The notes under the pieces were generated by a model, which had not been told where the DNA came from, searched no databases, and saw only the letters and a list, made by a program, of their open reading frames with translations. This document shows positions 8,980-19,599 of a stretch of DNA of 64,000 nucleotides, piece after piece. Both the position numbers and the translations under genes were made by a program. The DNA is taken from assembly GCA_050247075.1 (NCBI GenBank), contig JBFWUW010000020.1, positions 26,877-90,876 of the forward strand, written 5' to 3'. This stretch comes from Pirellulales bacterium (GTDB lineage: Bacteria > Planctomycetota > Planctomycetia > Pirellulales > JBFWUW01). How positions within the stretch are numbered: position 1 is the stretch's first letter; each line of letters starts with the position of its first letter.

Positions 8980-10422
8980 CTATTTCGGCGGCAAGAACCG
9001 GTCGGCAATCCAATCGCCCACGGCGGCCAAGGCCTGGGGGGCAAAGGTCTCTTCGATCTGCCCATACTCGTCGGGCATACCAGTTGTGCAATGTTGAAAC
9101 AGGTGGTTCAGGCCTTCCAACTCGCGGATGGAATAATCGGCATTGCCCGCCGCCCGCAAGGCTTTGTCGATCTCTGGCATGTTCTGCAAGGGATCAACTT
9201 GCACATCTTTCTCGCCCACGATGGCTAGCACCGGGCAGCGCAGCCTGGCTAGTGCTGGCCGTGGGTCGTGCCGCAGAAAGAACCGCAAGGCCGGCGACAG
9301 CAACGCGCGGGCTTGGGCGTCGATTTGCTTGGCGCGAAGTTCCGGATCGGGATCGGCCTGGCCCGGTAACTGAGGTTGCTCGTCCAGCAGTGTCTTAAGT
9401 TGTTGCTCCAAGGCATTGTTGTCGGTCTCGGTGCGCAACAGCAAGAAGATCTTCTTTTGCAGATCGACCATTTGGCGCGATTGCTCCTGGGGGAGTTTGG
9501 CCGCTGCCGCAACCTGTTCGACTTGCCGCACCACAATCTCGTCTCCTGGCACGCCTGGCCCGGCCAGCATGATCACGAAGGCCACATCGGCCGAACGGCT
9601 GGCGGCCAGCGGACCGACGATGCCCCCTTCGCTATGCCCGATCAGCCCAATCTGTCGCGGGTTGATCTCTGGGCGGGCTTGCAGAAATGCCACGGCAGCC
9701 AGGGCATCGTCCGCCAGATCGCTCAGAGTCGCTTCGCTGAGTTGGCCATTCGAGCCCCCCACGCCGCGATCGTCCAACCTCAACACCGCCAGTCCGCGCC
9801 GCGTAAGATAGTCGGCCAGCACCAAAAACGGCTTGTGGTCCAGCAGCGTTTCGTCGCGGTCTTGCTCCCCGCTGCCGGTAATCAACAGCACCGCCGGCAC
9901 GTCGCGGGCGTCTTTTGGCAAGGTCAATGTACCGGCCAGCTTGATCTTGGCCGGCATGTTCTCCACCGTTACTTGTTCCTCAACGTAGGGATAAGGGGGA
10001 CGTGGTTGTTGCGGCCGGCTCGGTTCCGGCACTTTTTCAACACGTTGAATCGTCAGCGGCAGTTCCAGCACGCCTTGCTGTTTCCAACGTCCGGCTACTT
10101 CGTTGCCAGCGTCGTTGAGTTGGCCATCGAAGGTGGCCTTGATGAGTTTGGACTCCATCCGCACGCGGCCCGCCTTGTCGAGCGTGACCGTGTCGATGGC
10201 AATTCCCTTGGCACCCTGGTCGGGACTGTCGAGCGAAGCTTTCAGTCGGCCATCTTCTTGTAGATCGACATGCAGCACCAAACGCAGCTTAACGCCCCCA
10301 ACTTGCAGGTCGCCGCTCCACAGGCCGGCTAGCGACTTCGGTTCGGCGGCAAGAGTTTTTGCCACGGAAAAGGGAACCAAGACCGCGGCCAAGGCGACGA
10401 ATAGTGTTGTGCGGCGAAACAT
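8980..10422 (-). CDS. Secreted alpha/beta-fold serine hydrolase
   Basis: Signal peptide; GSGEQDRDE, DDRGVGGS, nucleophile motif GHSEGG, GEKDVQV, LNHLFQ. Confidence 0.9.
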   Translation of the reverse strand: MFRRTTLFVALAAVLVPFSVAKTLAAEPKSLAGLWSGDLQVGGVKLRLVLHVDLQEDGRLKASLDSPDQGAKGIAIDTVTLDKAGRVRMESKLIKATFDGQLNDAGNEVAGRWKQQGVLELPLTIQRVEKVPEPSRPQQPRPPYPYVEEQVTVENMPAKIKLAGTLTLPKDARDVPAVLLITGSGEQDRDETLLDHKPFLVLADYLTRRGLAVLRLDDRGVGGSNGQLSEATLSDLADDALAAVAFLQARPEINPRQIGLIGHSEGGIVGPLAASRSADVAFVIMLAGPGVPGDEIVVRQVEQVAAAAKLPQEQSRQMVDLQKKIFLLLRTETDNNALEQQLKTLLDEQPQLPGQADPDPELRAKQIDAQARALLSPALRFFLRHDPRPALARLRCPVLAIVGEKDVQVDPLQNMPEIDKALRAAGNADYSIRELEGLNHLFQHCTTGMPDEYGQIEETFAPQALAAVGDWIADRFLPPK

Positions 10423-10714
10423 TTGTCAGGCCCACCGGAAGAACGGAACCAATACAGCGACAAGTGGTTGTATAATAAGGAGTTCACCGGCCACTGGCGA
10501 CACGGAAACGACCGCCAAGGAAATTCAACGCTTGCAGCATCGGCCCGCGGGCCTGATAATCGAACAGACAGCCCCACACGGCGGGTGGTGTCGCTTCCAC
10601 GGCCTGTTGCTTCAGGGGGGACGGGCACTTCGCGACACCACGAATTTTCCACCAATACCGCCAACGGATCAGAGCCAGCCCCCATGGTTCTACAGGCTGC
10701 CGAGGAGCTTTTTG

Positions 10715-13555
10715 ATGAGTGAAAAATTCGATCCTTATCACAAATGGCTCGGTATTCCCAAGCCCGAACAGCCACCCCACCACTATCGTTTGCTGGGGGT
10801 GGCGCTTTACGAGTCTGATCCCGATGTGATTGAAGGCGCGGCGGATCGCCAGATGGCGCATGTGCAGACGCACAAGTCCGGACCGCATTCGGCGGTGTCG
10901 CAGCAATTGTTGAACGAGCTCTCGGCCGCCAAGTTGTGCCTGTTGAACCCTAAGAAGAAGGCCGCTTACGACACACAGCTCAAGGCCAAATTAAAACCAG
11001 CCGCCGCTGCCCTACCGGTTGCCGCAGTGGCCAAACCGGTCTTGCCGGAAGAGGAGAATGTCCTGGCGGTCAATCTGGTCACCGACCCGGCTGGCAGCTT
11101 TGTCGGCGGGTCTTCGGTCTCAACGATCGGCAGGGGCCGCACCGCGGCTGCGGCGCTGCGCAAAAAGAAGCAACAGCAAACTGCAATGATGACGGCGGGG
11201 TTGGCGGTGGCATTGGCCGCGGCCGTGGGCTTGGCCGGCTGGAAGTTAATGGCGGGCTCGCCCGAGGAACTGCCGCTAGACGACGGCTCAAACTCGCCCG
11301 CCCAAGTGGCCCAGCAAGTTCCAGATAAGCCAACCGAAAAGCCCGCCAAGAAAACGCCCGCCGAGAAGAAACCGGACAAGAACGTACAACCGGGCAAGAA
11401 CAAGCCACCCATCGAGAAAAACGATCCGCCTACGAATAAGGGAAAGAACGAGCCGCCCGATCTCAAACAGCCGGTGAACTTGCTCGAGCGGGTCAATCTG
11501 GCGCAGGACATAACGTCGGGCAGTTGGGAATTGGCCCGCGGGGTTTTGTCGTCGAGCGACAGCGATAAGAACGCCGTCGTGCAGTTTGCCGTGGAACCTC
11601 CCAGCGACTACAGCCTGACGCTGGAAGTCGAACCCAGCGAAAAGTACGAGTCGCTCTTCGTGGGCGTGCCGGTTGCCGGCCGCACCGTGATGGCGATCAT
11701 CGACGGCTGGAACCGCACGGCCAGCGGGCTGCACCTGGTCGACAAAAAAGAGGCCAAGGATAACGTCACCACCAATCGTGGCGGTCCCCGTCTTAAGGCG
11801 GGGGAGACGAACCTAGTCGTGGCCGAGGTGCGGCAGCGCGGCTTGGTGCGCGTGTCGGTCAACGATCAACAGGTCTTTGAGTGGCAGGGCAAGCCAGAGC
11901 AACTCTCGCATTACGAAATGTGGGCACCGGTAGAGCATCCGGGCCGTCCCTTTATCGGCGGGCACTACGGCTACAAATTTTCGCGGGTAGAGCTGGCTTT
12001 GCTGCCGCGGGAAGAACCGGTCAAGATTGCCAAATCCAACCCTCCCAAAAAGCCCAAAGACGAACCTAACGAAAAAAACAAGGGCGATTTGAGTTCCGTT
12101 GGCATGGGACCTAAGAACAAGCAACCGGTCCCCGATGGCGATGAGCTGGGCAAGTTGCGAAAAGAGATTCGCGATGAATACCAGAAGGACTTCGCTGATG
12201 CGCGCACCGCCGAGGAAAAGGGCGACCTGGCCGACAAACTGTTCCATTGGGGGCTCGATCCCGCCGATCCGTTGCCCAGGCGGTATGCCCTGATGGAAGA
12301 GGGCCGCCAGATGGCCGCCGAGGTTGGGCGGATTGAGTTGGTACTCAATTGCATCGCCGAACTGCGCAAGCCGTTTGATGTCGACGTGCTGGCCTTGCAA
12401 TGCGACTCACTCACCAAGGCCGCCAAGGCAACAGGTGTCGACCATGCATTGCTGGCCGCCACTTGTCTCGATCTGGTGGACGGCGCGGTGGACGACGAAC
12501 GCTACGAACAGGCCGAAATCTTGAGCGGGCTGGCCAAGGCCGAAGCCATCAAAGCCAAGGATGCCGACTTGCGAGAATCAGCGGCCGAGAAAGAGGCCTT
12601 CGTGCGGCGATTGATGAGCGAAAAGGACGCCGTGGCCGAGGCCCGCGCAACCTTGGAGAAAGACGCCTACGACCTGCAAGCCAATCTCACCTTGGGCAAG
12701 CATTTGTGCCTGCTGCGCGGCGCGTGGGAAGAGGGCCTGCCGCTGCTGGCCAAAGGGGCCGATGAGACCTTGCAAGAACTAGCCGAATTGGAACAGGCCG
12801 AGCCTGATGATTCCGAGGCACAAGATAAACTGGGCGATGCCTGGTGGGAGGCCGCCGCCAAGGCACCCGCCGCTGAACGCGAAGACTACAAGGATCGTGC
12901 CCGCTACTGGTACGAGCAAGCCCTGCCCAGCCTGGCTGGTGCCCGCAAGAATACCGTCGAAGGCCGGCTGGGAATCAAGAGCGGCAGCCCGGCCTCGACG
13001 GCCCTTTCTCCGCTGGATATTTTGCTGAAGAAAGCGGCTACGGCCTTGAAGTCCAAGCGGGTCAGCCCCACGTCGGTCGTGGGGACGAATCGCGGGGCCA
13101 AAGCCTTCGACGAGATCAACAAGGATGGCGGCGTGCTGATCGGCTTTCAGATCAGCCTGCAAACTTCGAACGACGACACCTACATTCGCTCGCTGCAGCC
13201 AATCTACATGACGTCCGAAGGGCGCAAGACAGGCTCAACGTATGGCCGCGTCAATCGCAATCGGCAAGTTACGATTGAAGCCAAGGAAGGCTACGTCGTA
13301 ACGCAAGTCACGCTGCGGCCCAACCGAGGCAACGCCACCAATATCACCGGGCTGGGTGTGACCTTCGCCAAACTCAGCCCGCGCGGCCTGGGCCGCAAAC
13401 CAGACGACCTCTACCAAAGCGACTGGATCGGCGACAACAACCAGGCCAACATCGTCTCGCTGGGAGTCGTCGGCAAGGCGATCATGGGAATCTTCGGCTT
13501 CGAGCGCAACAACAACGATTATCCGACGGGCCTGGGAATCTACGTGTTGCCGTAG
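10715..13555 (+). CDS. Large membrane-anchored multidomain protein: N-terminal J-like domain, TM, Pro/Lys-rich linker, beta-sandwich domain, helical domain, C-terminal beta-rich (jacalin-like?) domain
   Basis: GAGGAG upstream of ATG 10715; MSEKFDPYHKWLGIP...HYRLLGV...LLNPKKKAAYD; TM AGLAVALAAAVGLAGW; the ORF-track start 10103 overlaps the divergent hydrolase gene. Confidence 0.8.
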   Translation: MSEKFDPYHKWLGIPKPEQPPHHYRLLGVALYESDPDVIEGAADRQMAHVQTHKSGPHSAVSQQLLNELSAAKLCLLNPKKKAAYDTQLKAKLKPAAAALPVAAVAKPVLPEEENVLAVNLVTDPAGSFVGGSSVSTIGRGRTAAAALRKKKQQQTAMMTAGLAVALAAAVGLAGWKLMAGSPEELPLDDGSNSPAQVAQQVPDKPTEKPAKKTPAEKKPDKNVQPGKNKPPIEKNDPPTNKGKNEPPDLKQPVNLLERVNLAQDITSGSWELARGVLSSSDSDKNAVVQFAVEPPSDYSLTLEVEPSEKYESLFVGVPVAGRTVMAIIDGWNRTASGLHLVDKKEAKDNVTTNRGGPRLKAGETNLVVAEVRQRGLVRVSVNDQQVFEWQGKPEQLSHYEMWAPVEHPGRPFIGGHYGYKFSRVELALLPREEPVKIAKSNPPKKPKDEPNEKNKGDLSSVGMGPKNKQPVPDGDELGKLRKEIRDEYQKDFADARTAEEKGDLADKLFHWGLDPADPLPRRYALMEEGRQMAAEVGRIELVLNCIAELRKPFDVDVLALQCDSLTKAAKATGVDHALLAATCLDLVDGAVDDERYEQAEILSGLAKAEAIKAKDADLRESAAEKEAFVRRLMSEKDAVAEARATLEKDAYDLQANLTLGKHLCLLRGAWEEGLPLLAKGADETLQELAELEQAEPDDSEAQDKLGDAWWEAAAKAPAAEREDYKDRARYWYEQALPSLAGARKNTVEGRLGIKSGSPASTALSPLDILLKKAATALKSKRVSPTSVVGTNRGAKAFDEINKDGGVLIGFQISLQTSNDDTYIRSLQPIYMTSEGRKTGSTYGRVNRNRQVTIEAKEGYVVTQVTLRPNRGNATNITGLGVTFAKLSPRGLGRKPDDLYQSDWIGDNNQANIVSLGVVGKAIMGIFGFERNNNDYPTGLGIYVLP

Positions 13556-13588
13556 GGGTATTCGGTGTTTCGTACCGAGGGTGGTTCG

Positions 13589-14824
13589 TTAAGGCCCGCT
13601 CAGTTTTGGCCGCCAACGGCTGGCTAGCCGCAGCGTGGGGCGTTCAACGCCCACATACAGCAGATAGGCCGCCGCGATTGCCGCCAGGACGGCGAGAACC
13701 GTCCACATTAGCGCGAACCCAGGGTGGTCGCCGGTCCAGCGGTACCCCCAGTTCACTATGACATGGCTGACTGGATAGTGGATCAGGTACAGGCTGTACG
13801 AAATGCGGCCAAGAAACTGCAGCCAGCGGTGCCTGCCGATGCTGCCTAGCATGCCATGCGAGCCAATCACGTAAATGGCCACGCCGGCCATCCAGGCCAC
13901 GGCAATTTCGATCGTCCAATGTCGGGTAGCTTCGGCCGCGCTCGGCAGATCCGATTCTTCCGTGCTGAACCAGGCATAGCGGGCCGCCATCAGCGTGGCA
14001 TAACTCCAAAAGGCCCAGGCGGGAATGCGGCCTTCCAATGTCCAATGAATCAGCATGCCCAGAAAAAACATCCAGAAATAACGCAGCACACAGGCGTCGC
14101 TCTTGAATGGCGCTAGCCACTGGCTGCCGGCGAAGTCAAACAAATGCTCCTTGTCGTAAATGGCCAACGAAACCAAGGCCAGCGGAAAAAAGCAGGCACA
14201 CAATCCGGCTCCGCCCCCCAAATTCCGCCAAGAACTTGCGCCGCAACAAGCTTGCACCAGGCCCAACAAGGCCGTGTATAAGAGATAGAACTGAACCTCG
14301 ATGCATAACGTCCACAGCCCCACCGAAAGGTTGCCGTAACCCAACGCATTTTGCAGATAGAAGGCATGTGACAAGATCTGTCCGCCCGTCGGCCCGGGAT
14401 CAAGCGGCGACTCGGTAATGGGCGAGGGGATATGCCACAACCGCGGACCCCAGGCATGCAACACTAAGACCAGGCCAATCGTGGCCCAATAGGGCGGATC
14501 GAGCCGCAAAGATCGGCGTAAGGCGTAATTGCCCAGGTAGCCAGGAGTCACCCAGGCTCGCCGCAAAGAATACGCAATCACAAACCCGCTGATCACGAAA
14601 AATGCCTGCACGCCCATCCAACCCGACTCGATCAGGTTCTCGATCGGTGCCGGCAGCAACGCGGAAGCCGGTTCGGCCAACGGCCCATACCGCTCAATGT
14701 GGTATACGGCCACGGCCAAGGCCGCCAGTCCGCGCAAGGCGTCGATAAACACCAACCTCCCCTCTTGGATTGCTGGCCTGGCCCGCGGCAAGGCATCATC
14801 GGCCAGCGAAGGGGGAGTAGGCAT
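13589..14824 (-). CDS. Acyltransferase family 3 (OafA/YrhL-like) membrane protein
   Basis: FIDALRGLAALAVAVYH, GVQAFFVISGFVI, WTLCIEVQFY, GRISYSLYLIH, VERP. Confidence 0.92.
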   Translation of the reverse strand: MPTPPSLADDALPRARPAIQEGRLVFIDALRGLAALAVAVYHIERYGPLAEPASALLPAPIENLIESGWMGVQAFFVISGFVIAYSLRRAWVTPGYLGNYALRRSLRLDPPYWATIGLVLVLHAWGPRLWHIPSPITESPLDPGPTGGQILSHAFYLQNALGYGNLSVGLWTLCIEVQFYLLYTALLGLVQACCGASSWRNLGGGAGLCACFFPLALVSLAIYDKEHLFDFAGSQWLAPFKSDACVLRYFWMFFLGMLIHWTLEGRIPAWAFWSYATLMAARYAWFSTEESDLPSAAEATRHWTIEIAVAWMAGVAIYVIGSHGMLGSIGRHRWLQFLGRISYSLYLIHYPVSHVIVNWGYRWTGDHPGFALMWTVLAVLAAIAAAYLLYVGVERPTLRLASRWRPKLSGP

Positions 14825-15075
14825 GTTAATCGAGAGGAGCAGGCGGCAACGATCCGGCAGTCGAATCGTTACGTCCTTCAGCGTAGCAAGCCGCAAGGCG
14901 CATTCGCAAGCGGAATTGTGCCCATACAGACCACCCAATTCGTCCCATCGGACGGCGGATTAATTTGCCGAAATAGGCTGTTTCCGCCGGGGCAATCGCC
15001 GCTTATATTAGACCAATGCGTCGAAGGCGGTTTTCAATGCTCCCTGCCTCGCCCGATATCCTTCCCGTGGCGATT

Positions 15076-16452
15076 ATGTCATCCCAGCCCGTGCCTCACG
15101 ATCGGCCATTGACGCCGCCTCTATCCGCGGTCCCGGTTGCCGCGCGCACTAATCCCCGGCCGGTGGTCGAAATGCCAGGGCATTCCGCGCGCAAGTCCCG
15201 GTGGTGGATCGGCTTGCTGCTCATAGCCGTCACGGCGGGAGTCCTTTGGCTGGCCGCCCCCTGGCTTCGCCAATTCGTACCCACGCTGGCGATTTGGCAA
15301 CGGGGCGGAACGGCCGGCAACACGGGAAGCAAGCCTCCTGCCCGCGAGATTCCGGTTGTGGTGGCTACGGCTCAAACGCGCGATGTGCCAATCTACCTGA
15401 ATGCCTTGGGCACGGTCCAAGGGTTTCGCACCGTCACCATCCGCAGCCGTGTTGAGGGTGAACTGACCAAGGTTGCTTTTACCGAAGGCCAACTCGTTCG
15501 CCAGGGAGACTTGCTCGCCGAGATCGACCCGCGGCAGTTCCAAGTTCAATTGAAACAAGCCCAGGCGCAACTCACCAAGGACCAGGCTGCCTTGCGGGTA
15601 GCCACCGCCGATTACAACCGCTACGAAAAGCTGGTGGCCAACAACGCCGTCACGCAACAACAGCTCGACGCCACGCGCGGCCTGATGCAGCAGGCCCAAG
15701 GAGCCATCAAGGCCGACGAGGCCCAGATCGAAAGCGCCAATTTGCAATTGAGTTACTGCCAGATCACCTCCCCCATCGATGGCCGCATCGGCCTGCGCAA
15801 CGTCGACCGGGGCAACATTGTCGCGGCCAACGACCCAACGGGCTTGGCGGTCGTCGCCCAGTTGCAGCCGATCGCGGTGCTGTTTCCCATTCCGCAGGAT
15901 GAGATTGTGCGCGTGCAGCAGGCCTTCAACGCGGGAAAAAAGCTAGCCGTTCAGGCCTACGACCGCGGCCTGCAAAACAAGCTGGCTTCTGGCACGCTGT
16001 TGGCTATCGACAATCAGGTTGACGCCGCCACCGGCACCGTGCGGATCAAGGCGGAGTTTGCCAACCAGGACAACCTTTTGTTTCCCAATCAGTTTGTCAA
16101 CGCGCGGCTGCTGATCGAGACACTGCCCGACGTGGTCGTCGTCCCCACCGCGGCCGTACAACGCGGGCCGGACGGGCACTTTGTCTACGTGCTGCAGTCA
16201 GACTCCACGGTGGAACCGCGGATGATCGAAGCCGGGCCAAGCGAGGGTGACCAAACCGTGATTGAGCAAGGCCTGGCCCAGGGTGAGCAAGTCATCACCG
16301 AGGGTTTAGACAAACTGCAAAGCGGCTCCAAAGTTGTCGCGCGGGACAGTAAGCCAGCGACGGCGGACGACGTCCAACCGGAGAAAGCGGCCGACCACGC
16401 CACACCGCCCGTCCAACCGGTGACGGACGAGAGCAAGCGCCGGGCTTCGTAG
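15076..16452 (+). CDS. mdtA: RND efflux membrane fusion protein, MdtA/MuxA type
   Basis: ALGTVQGFRTVTIRSRVEGEL, GDLLAEIDPR, SPIDGRIGLRNVDRGN, DNQVDAATGTV, LFPNQFVN; upstream of two RND permeases. Confidence 0.92.
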   Translation: MSSQPVPHDRPLTPPLSAVPVAARTNPRPVVEMPGHSARKSRWWIGLLLIAVTAGVLWLAAPWLRQFVPTLAIWQRGGTAGNTGSKPPAREIPVVVATAQTRDVPIYLNALGTVQGFRTVTIRSRVEGELTKVAFTEGQLVRQGDLLAEIDPRQFQVQLKQAQAQLTKDQAALRVATADYNRYEKLVANNAVTQQQLDATRGLMQQAQGAIKADEAQIESANLQLSYCQITSPIDGRIGLRNVDRGNIVAANDPTGLAVVAQLQPIAVLFPIPQDEIVRVQQAFNAGKKLAVQAYDRGLQNKLASGTLLAIDNQVDAATGTVRIKAEFANQDNLLFPNQFVNARLLIETLPDVVVVPTAAVQRGPDGHFVYVLQSDSTVEPRMIEAGPSEGDQTVIEQGLAQGEQVITEGLDKLQSGSKVVARDSKPATADDVQPEKAADHATPPVQPVTDESKRRAS

Positions 16453-16473
16453 GCGTTTTCAGGCAGGTTCCGC

Positions 16474-19400
16474 ATGAATCCTTCCCGGCCATTCATTCTG
16501 CGGCCGGTTGGCACGGTGCTGTTCATGGCCGCCATTTTGCTGGCGGGGGGCATTGCCTACCGGCAGTTGCCGGTCTCGGCGCTGCCGCAGGTCGATTATC
16601 CGACCATCCAGGTGTTGACGTTCTACCCTGGCGCTAACCCGCAAGTGGTGACGTCGTCCATAACGGCTCCTCTGGAGCGGCAGTTCGGCCAGGTACCGGG
16701 TCTGACGCAGATGACCTCATCCAGCAGTGAAGGCTGCTCGGTGATCACCCTGCGGTTCAGCCTGGAGTTGGACATCGACATCGCCGAGCAGCAGGTGCAA
16801 GCGGCGATCAACTCGGCCAGCACTTTCTTGCCGCGCGATCTGCCCAACCCGCCGATTTACAGCAAGACCAACCCAGCCGACGCGCCGATCCTCACGCTGG
16901 GCCTGACATCAGCCTCGCTGCCGCTGACCAAGGTGCAAGACTACGCCGACACGCGGCTAGCGCAGAAAATCTCGCAACTGTCGGGCGTAGGCATGGTTTC
17001 GCTGAGCGGCGGGCAAAAGCCGGCCGTCCGCATTCAGGCCAACCCCACGGCCCTGGCCGCGCTGGGCCTGGGTTTGGAGGACTTGCGGCTGGCCCTAACA
17101 CAGGCCAGCGTCAACCAGGCCAAGGGAAGTTTCGATGGCAGCCTACAGGCTTACACCATCGGGGCCAACGACCAGTTGCTTTCGTCCGAGCAATACCGTG
17201 GGCTGATCGTGGCCTATCGAAACAACGCGCCAATCAAGCTAGCCGACGTGGCCGACGTCGTGGACGATGCCGAAAACCTTCGCCAGGCCGCCTGGATGAA
17301 CGATACGCCAGCCGTGATCGTCAATATCCAGCGGCAGCCGGGGGCCAACATCATCGAAGTCGTCGATCGGGTCAAAGCCCTGCTTCCGCAATTGCAGGCT
17401 TCTCTGCCGGCGGCCATTGATGTGGCCGTGCTGACCGACCGCACGATTACCATTCGGGCCTCGGTGCATGAAGTACAGGTCGAGGTGCTGCTGGCGGTAG
17501 GCCTGGTGGTGCTGGTGATGTTTCTCTTTCTGCGCAACGTGCGGGCCACCATCATTCCCAGCGTGGCGGTGCCGTTGTCACTGGTCGGCACATTCGCCGC
17601 CATGTACCTGCTGCGGTACAGCCTCAACAATCTAACCCTCATGGCGCTGGTCATCTCGACCGGGTTCGTGGTCGATGACGCCATCGTGATGGTCGAAAAC
17701 ATCATCCGCTACATTGAGGCGGGCGAACGTCCGCTGCCGGCCGCGCTGCGGGGGGCGCAAGAGATCGGCTTCACCATCGTCTCCTTAAGTGTCTCGCTCA
17801 TCGCGGTGCTGATCCCGCTGCTGTTCATGGGAGACATCGTCGGGCGGCTGTTTCGCGAGTTCGCCGTTACGCTCAGCGTGACGATCGTCGTCTCCGCGAT
17901 AGTTTCGCTGACGCTCACGCCCATGATGTGCGCCCAGATGCTGCGGCATGTGCAAGAGACGCGGCACGGCTGGCTGTTCCGCGTTTCAGAAGCGTCGTTC
18001 GACCTGGTGATTCGTCTGTATGGTCGTTCGTTGCGGGTCGTGCTGCGGGCACGTTTGCTGACGATGCTGGTAGCGGCCGCCACGTTGGCGGCCACGGTCT
18101 ATCTGTACGCCATCGCGCCCAAGGGATTCTTTCCGGTGCAGGATACGGGCGTCATCTTGGGTATTTCCGAGGCCCCGCAAGATATTTCGTTTGTCGCCAT
18201 GGCCCAGCGGCAGTTGGCGTTGAATAAAGTCATCTTGCAAGATCCGGCCGTGGCCAGCCTGTCGTCGTTCATCGGCATCGACGGCACCAACATCACTGCC
18301 AACAGCGGCCGCATCCAGATCAACCTGAAGCCGCTGCGGGAACGCCAGCTCAACGCCAGCCAGGTAATCCGCCGATTGCAGCCGTTGATCGAGCAGGTGC
18401 CGGGGATCGCCTTGTACATGCAGCCGGTCCAAGACCTGTCGGTCGAAACCAAAGTCAGCCGCACCCAATACCAGTACAGCCTGGAAGACCCCGACGCCCA
18501 GGAACTGGCCGAGTGGACCACGCGGCTGTACGAACGGCTGCGGGAACTGCCCCAACTGCGCGACGTGGCCACTGACCAGCAAAACGACGGGCTGCAATCG
18601 CAAGTGGTGATTGACCGCGACTCGGCGGCCCGGTTGGGCGTGACACCGCAAATGATCGACGACGCGCTGTACAACGCCTTTGGGCAACGGCAGATAAGCA
18701 TCATGTTTACGCCGTCGAACCAGTATCGTGTCGTGCTGGAGGCACAACCGCGTTTCCGCGATAGCCCGTCCGACCTGCAAGACATCTACGTCCGCACGGC
18801 CGAAGGGGGCCAGGTGCAACTCTCGGCCATCACGGTTATCGAACAAATCCGCATGCCGCTGGCCATCAATCACCAGGGACAGTTTCCGGTAGCCACCATC
18901 TCGTTCAATCTGGCTCCTGGCGTTTCGTTGGGAAATGCCGTGCAGGCCGTTGAAGCGGCCCGGGCCGAGATCGGCTTGCCCGCCAGCATTCAGGCCGGCT
19001 TTCAGGGGACCGCCGAGGCCTTTCAAACCTCGCTTAAGAACGAACCGCTGTTGATTCTGGCCGCGCTGGTGGTGGTCTATATCGTGTTGGGCGTGCTGTA
19101 CGAAAGCTACGTCCACCCCATCACCATATTGTCCACCCTGCCCTCGGCCGGGGTGGGGGCGATTGCCGCCTTGCTGCTCTGCGGCGAGGACCTCAATGTG
19201 ATTGCGCTGATTGGCATTATCTTGTTGATCGGCATCGTCAAGAAGAACGCCATCATGATGATCGACTTTGCCCTGGAGGCGGAACGCAACAGCGGCCTCA
19301 GCCCGCTCGATGCCATCTACGAGGCTTGCCTGCTGCGGTTTCGTCCGATCATGATGACCACCATGGCGGCCTTGTTGGGGGCGGTGCCGCTGGCCTTGGG

Positions 19401-19599
19401 GACCGGAGTAGGGTCGGAACTGCGCCGACCGCTGGGCATTACCATTATCGGCGGGCTGGTTTGCAGCCAAGTGCTGACCCTGTACACCACGCCGGTGATC
19501 TATCTGGCATTCGACCGGCTAGGCCGAATGTTTGGCAAGCAGCCAAGAGGCCAAGCCGGCGACGAACCGCGCGAAGATGCAACAGCGGAGGAGGCATGA
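16474..19599 (+). CDS. mdtB: RND efflux permease, MdtB/MuxB type
   Basis: [56 protein letters not shown]; 1041 aa. Confidence 0.95.
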   Translation: MNPSRPFILRPVGTVLFMAAILLAGGIAYRQLPVSALPQVDYPTIQVLTFYPGANPQVVTSSITAPLERQFGQVPGLTQMTSSSSEGCSVITLRFSLELDIDIAEQQVQAAINSASTFLPRDLPNPPIYSKTNPADAPILTLGLTSASLPLTKVQDYADTRLAQKISQLSGVGMVSLSGGQKPAVRIQANPTALAALGLGLEDLRLALTQASVNQAKGSFDGSLQAYTIGANDQLLSSEQYRGLIVAYRNNAPIKLADVADVVDDAENLRQAAWMNDTPAVIVNIQRQPGANIIEVVDRVKALLPQLQASLPAAIDVAVLTDRTITIRASVHEVQVEVLLAVGLVVLVMFLFLRNVRATIIPSVAVPLSLVGTFAAMYLLRYSLNNLTLMALVISTGFVVDDAIVMVENIIRYIEAGERPLPAALRGAQEIGFTIVSLSVSLIAVLIPLLFMGDIVGRLFREFAVTLSVTIVVSAIVSLTLTPMMCAQMLRHVQETRHGWLFRVSEASFDLVIRLYGRSLRVVLRARLLTMLVAAATLAATVYLYAIAPKGFFPVQDTGVILGISEAPQDISFVAMAQRQLALNKVILQDPAVASLSSFIGIDGTNITANSGRIQINLKPLRERQLNASQVIRRLQPLIEQVPGIALYMQPVQDLSVETKVSRTQYQYSLEDPDAQELAEWTTRLYERLRELPQLRDVATDQQNDGLQSQVVIDRDSAARLGVTPQMIDDALYNAFGQRQISIMFTPSNQYRVVLEAQPRFRDSPSDLQDIYVRTAEGGQVQLSAITVIEQIRMPLAINHQGQFPVATISFNLAPGVSLGNAVQAVEAARAEIGLPASIQAGFQGTAEAFQTSLKNEPLLILAALVVVYIVLGVLYESYVHPITILSTLPSAGVGAIAALLLCGEDLNVIALIGIILLIGIVKKNAIMMIDFALEAERNSGLSPLDAIYEACLLRFRPIMMTTMAALLGAVPLALGTGVGSELRRPLGITIIGGLVCSQVLTLYTTPVIYLAFDRLGRMFGKQPRGQAGDEPREDATAEEA

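Noticed and set aside
10103-10714. N-terminal 204 aa of the 1150-aa ORF
   Set aside because: Overlaps the divergent hydrolase gene antisense; the SD and the conserved domain start point to ATG 10715
17986-19470. Long antisense ORFs (494 aa here; also 27007..28230, 44797..46122, 58740..59783, 54845..55681)
   Set aside because: Shadow frames of well-supported genes in high-GC DNA, with no recognisable motifs
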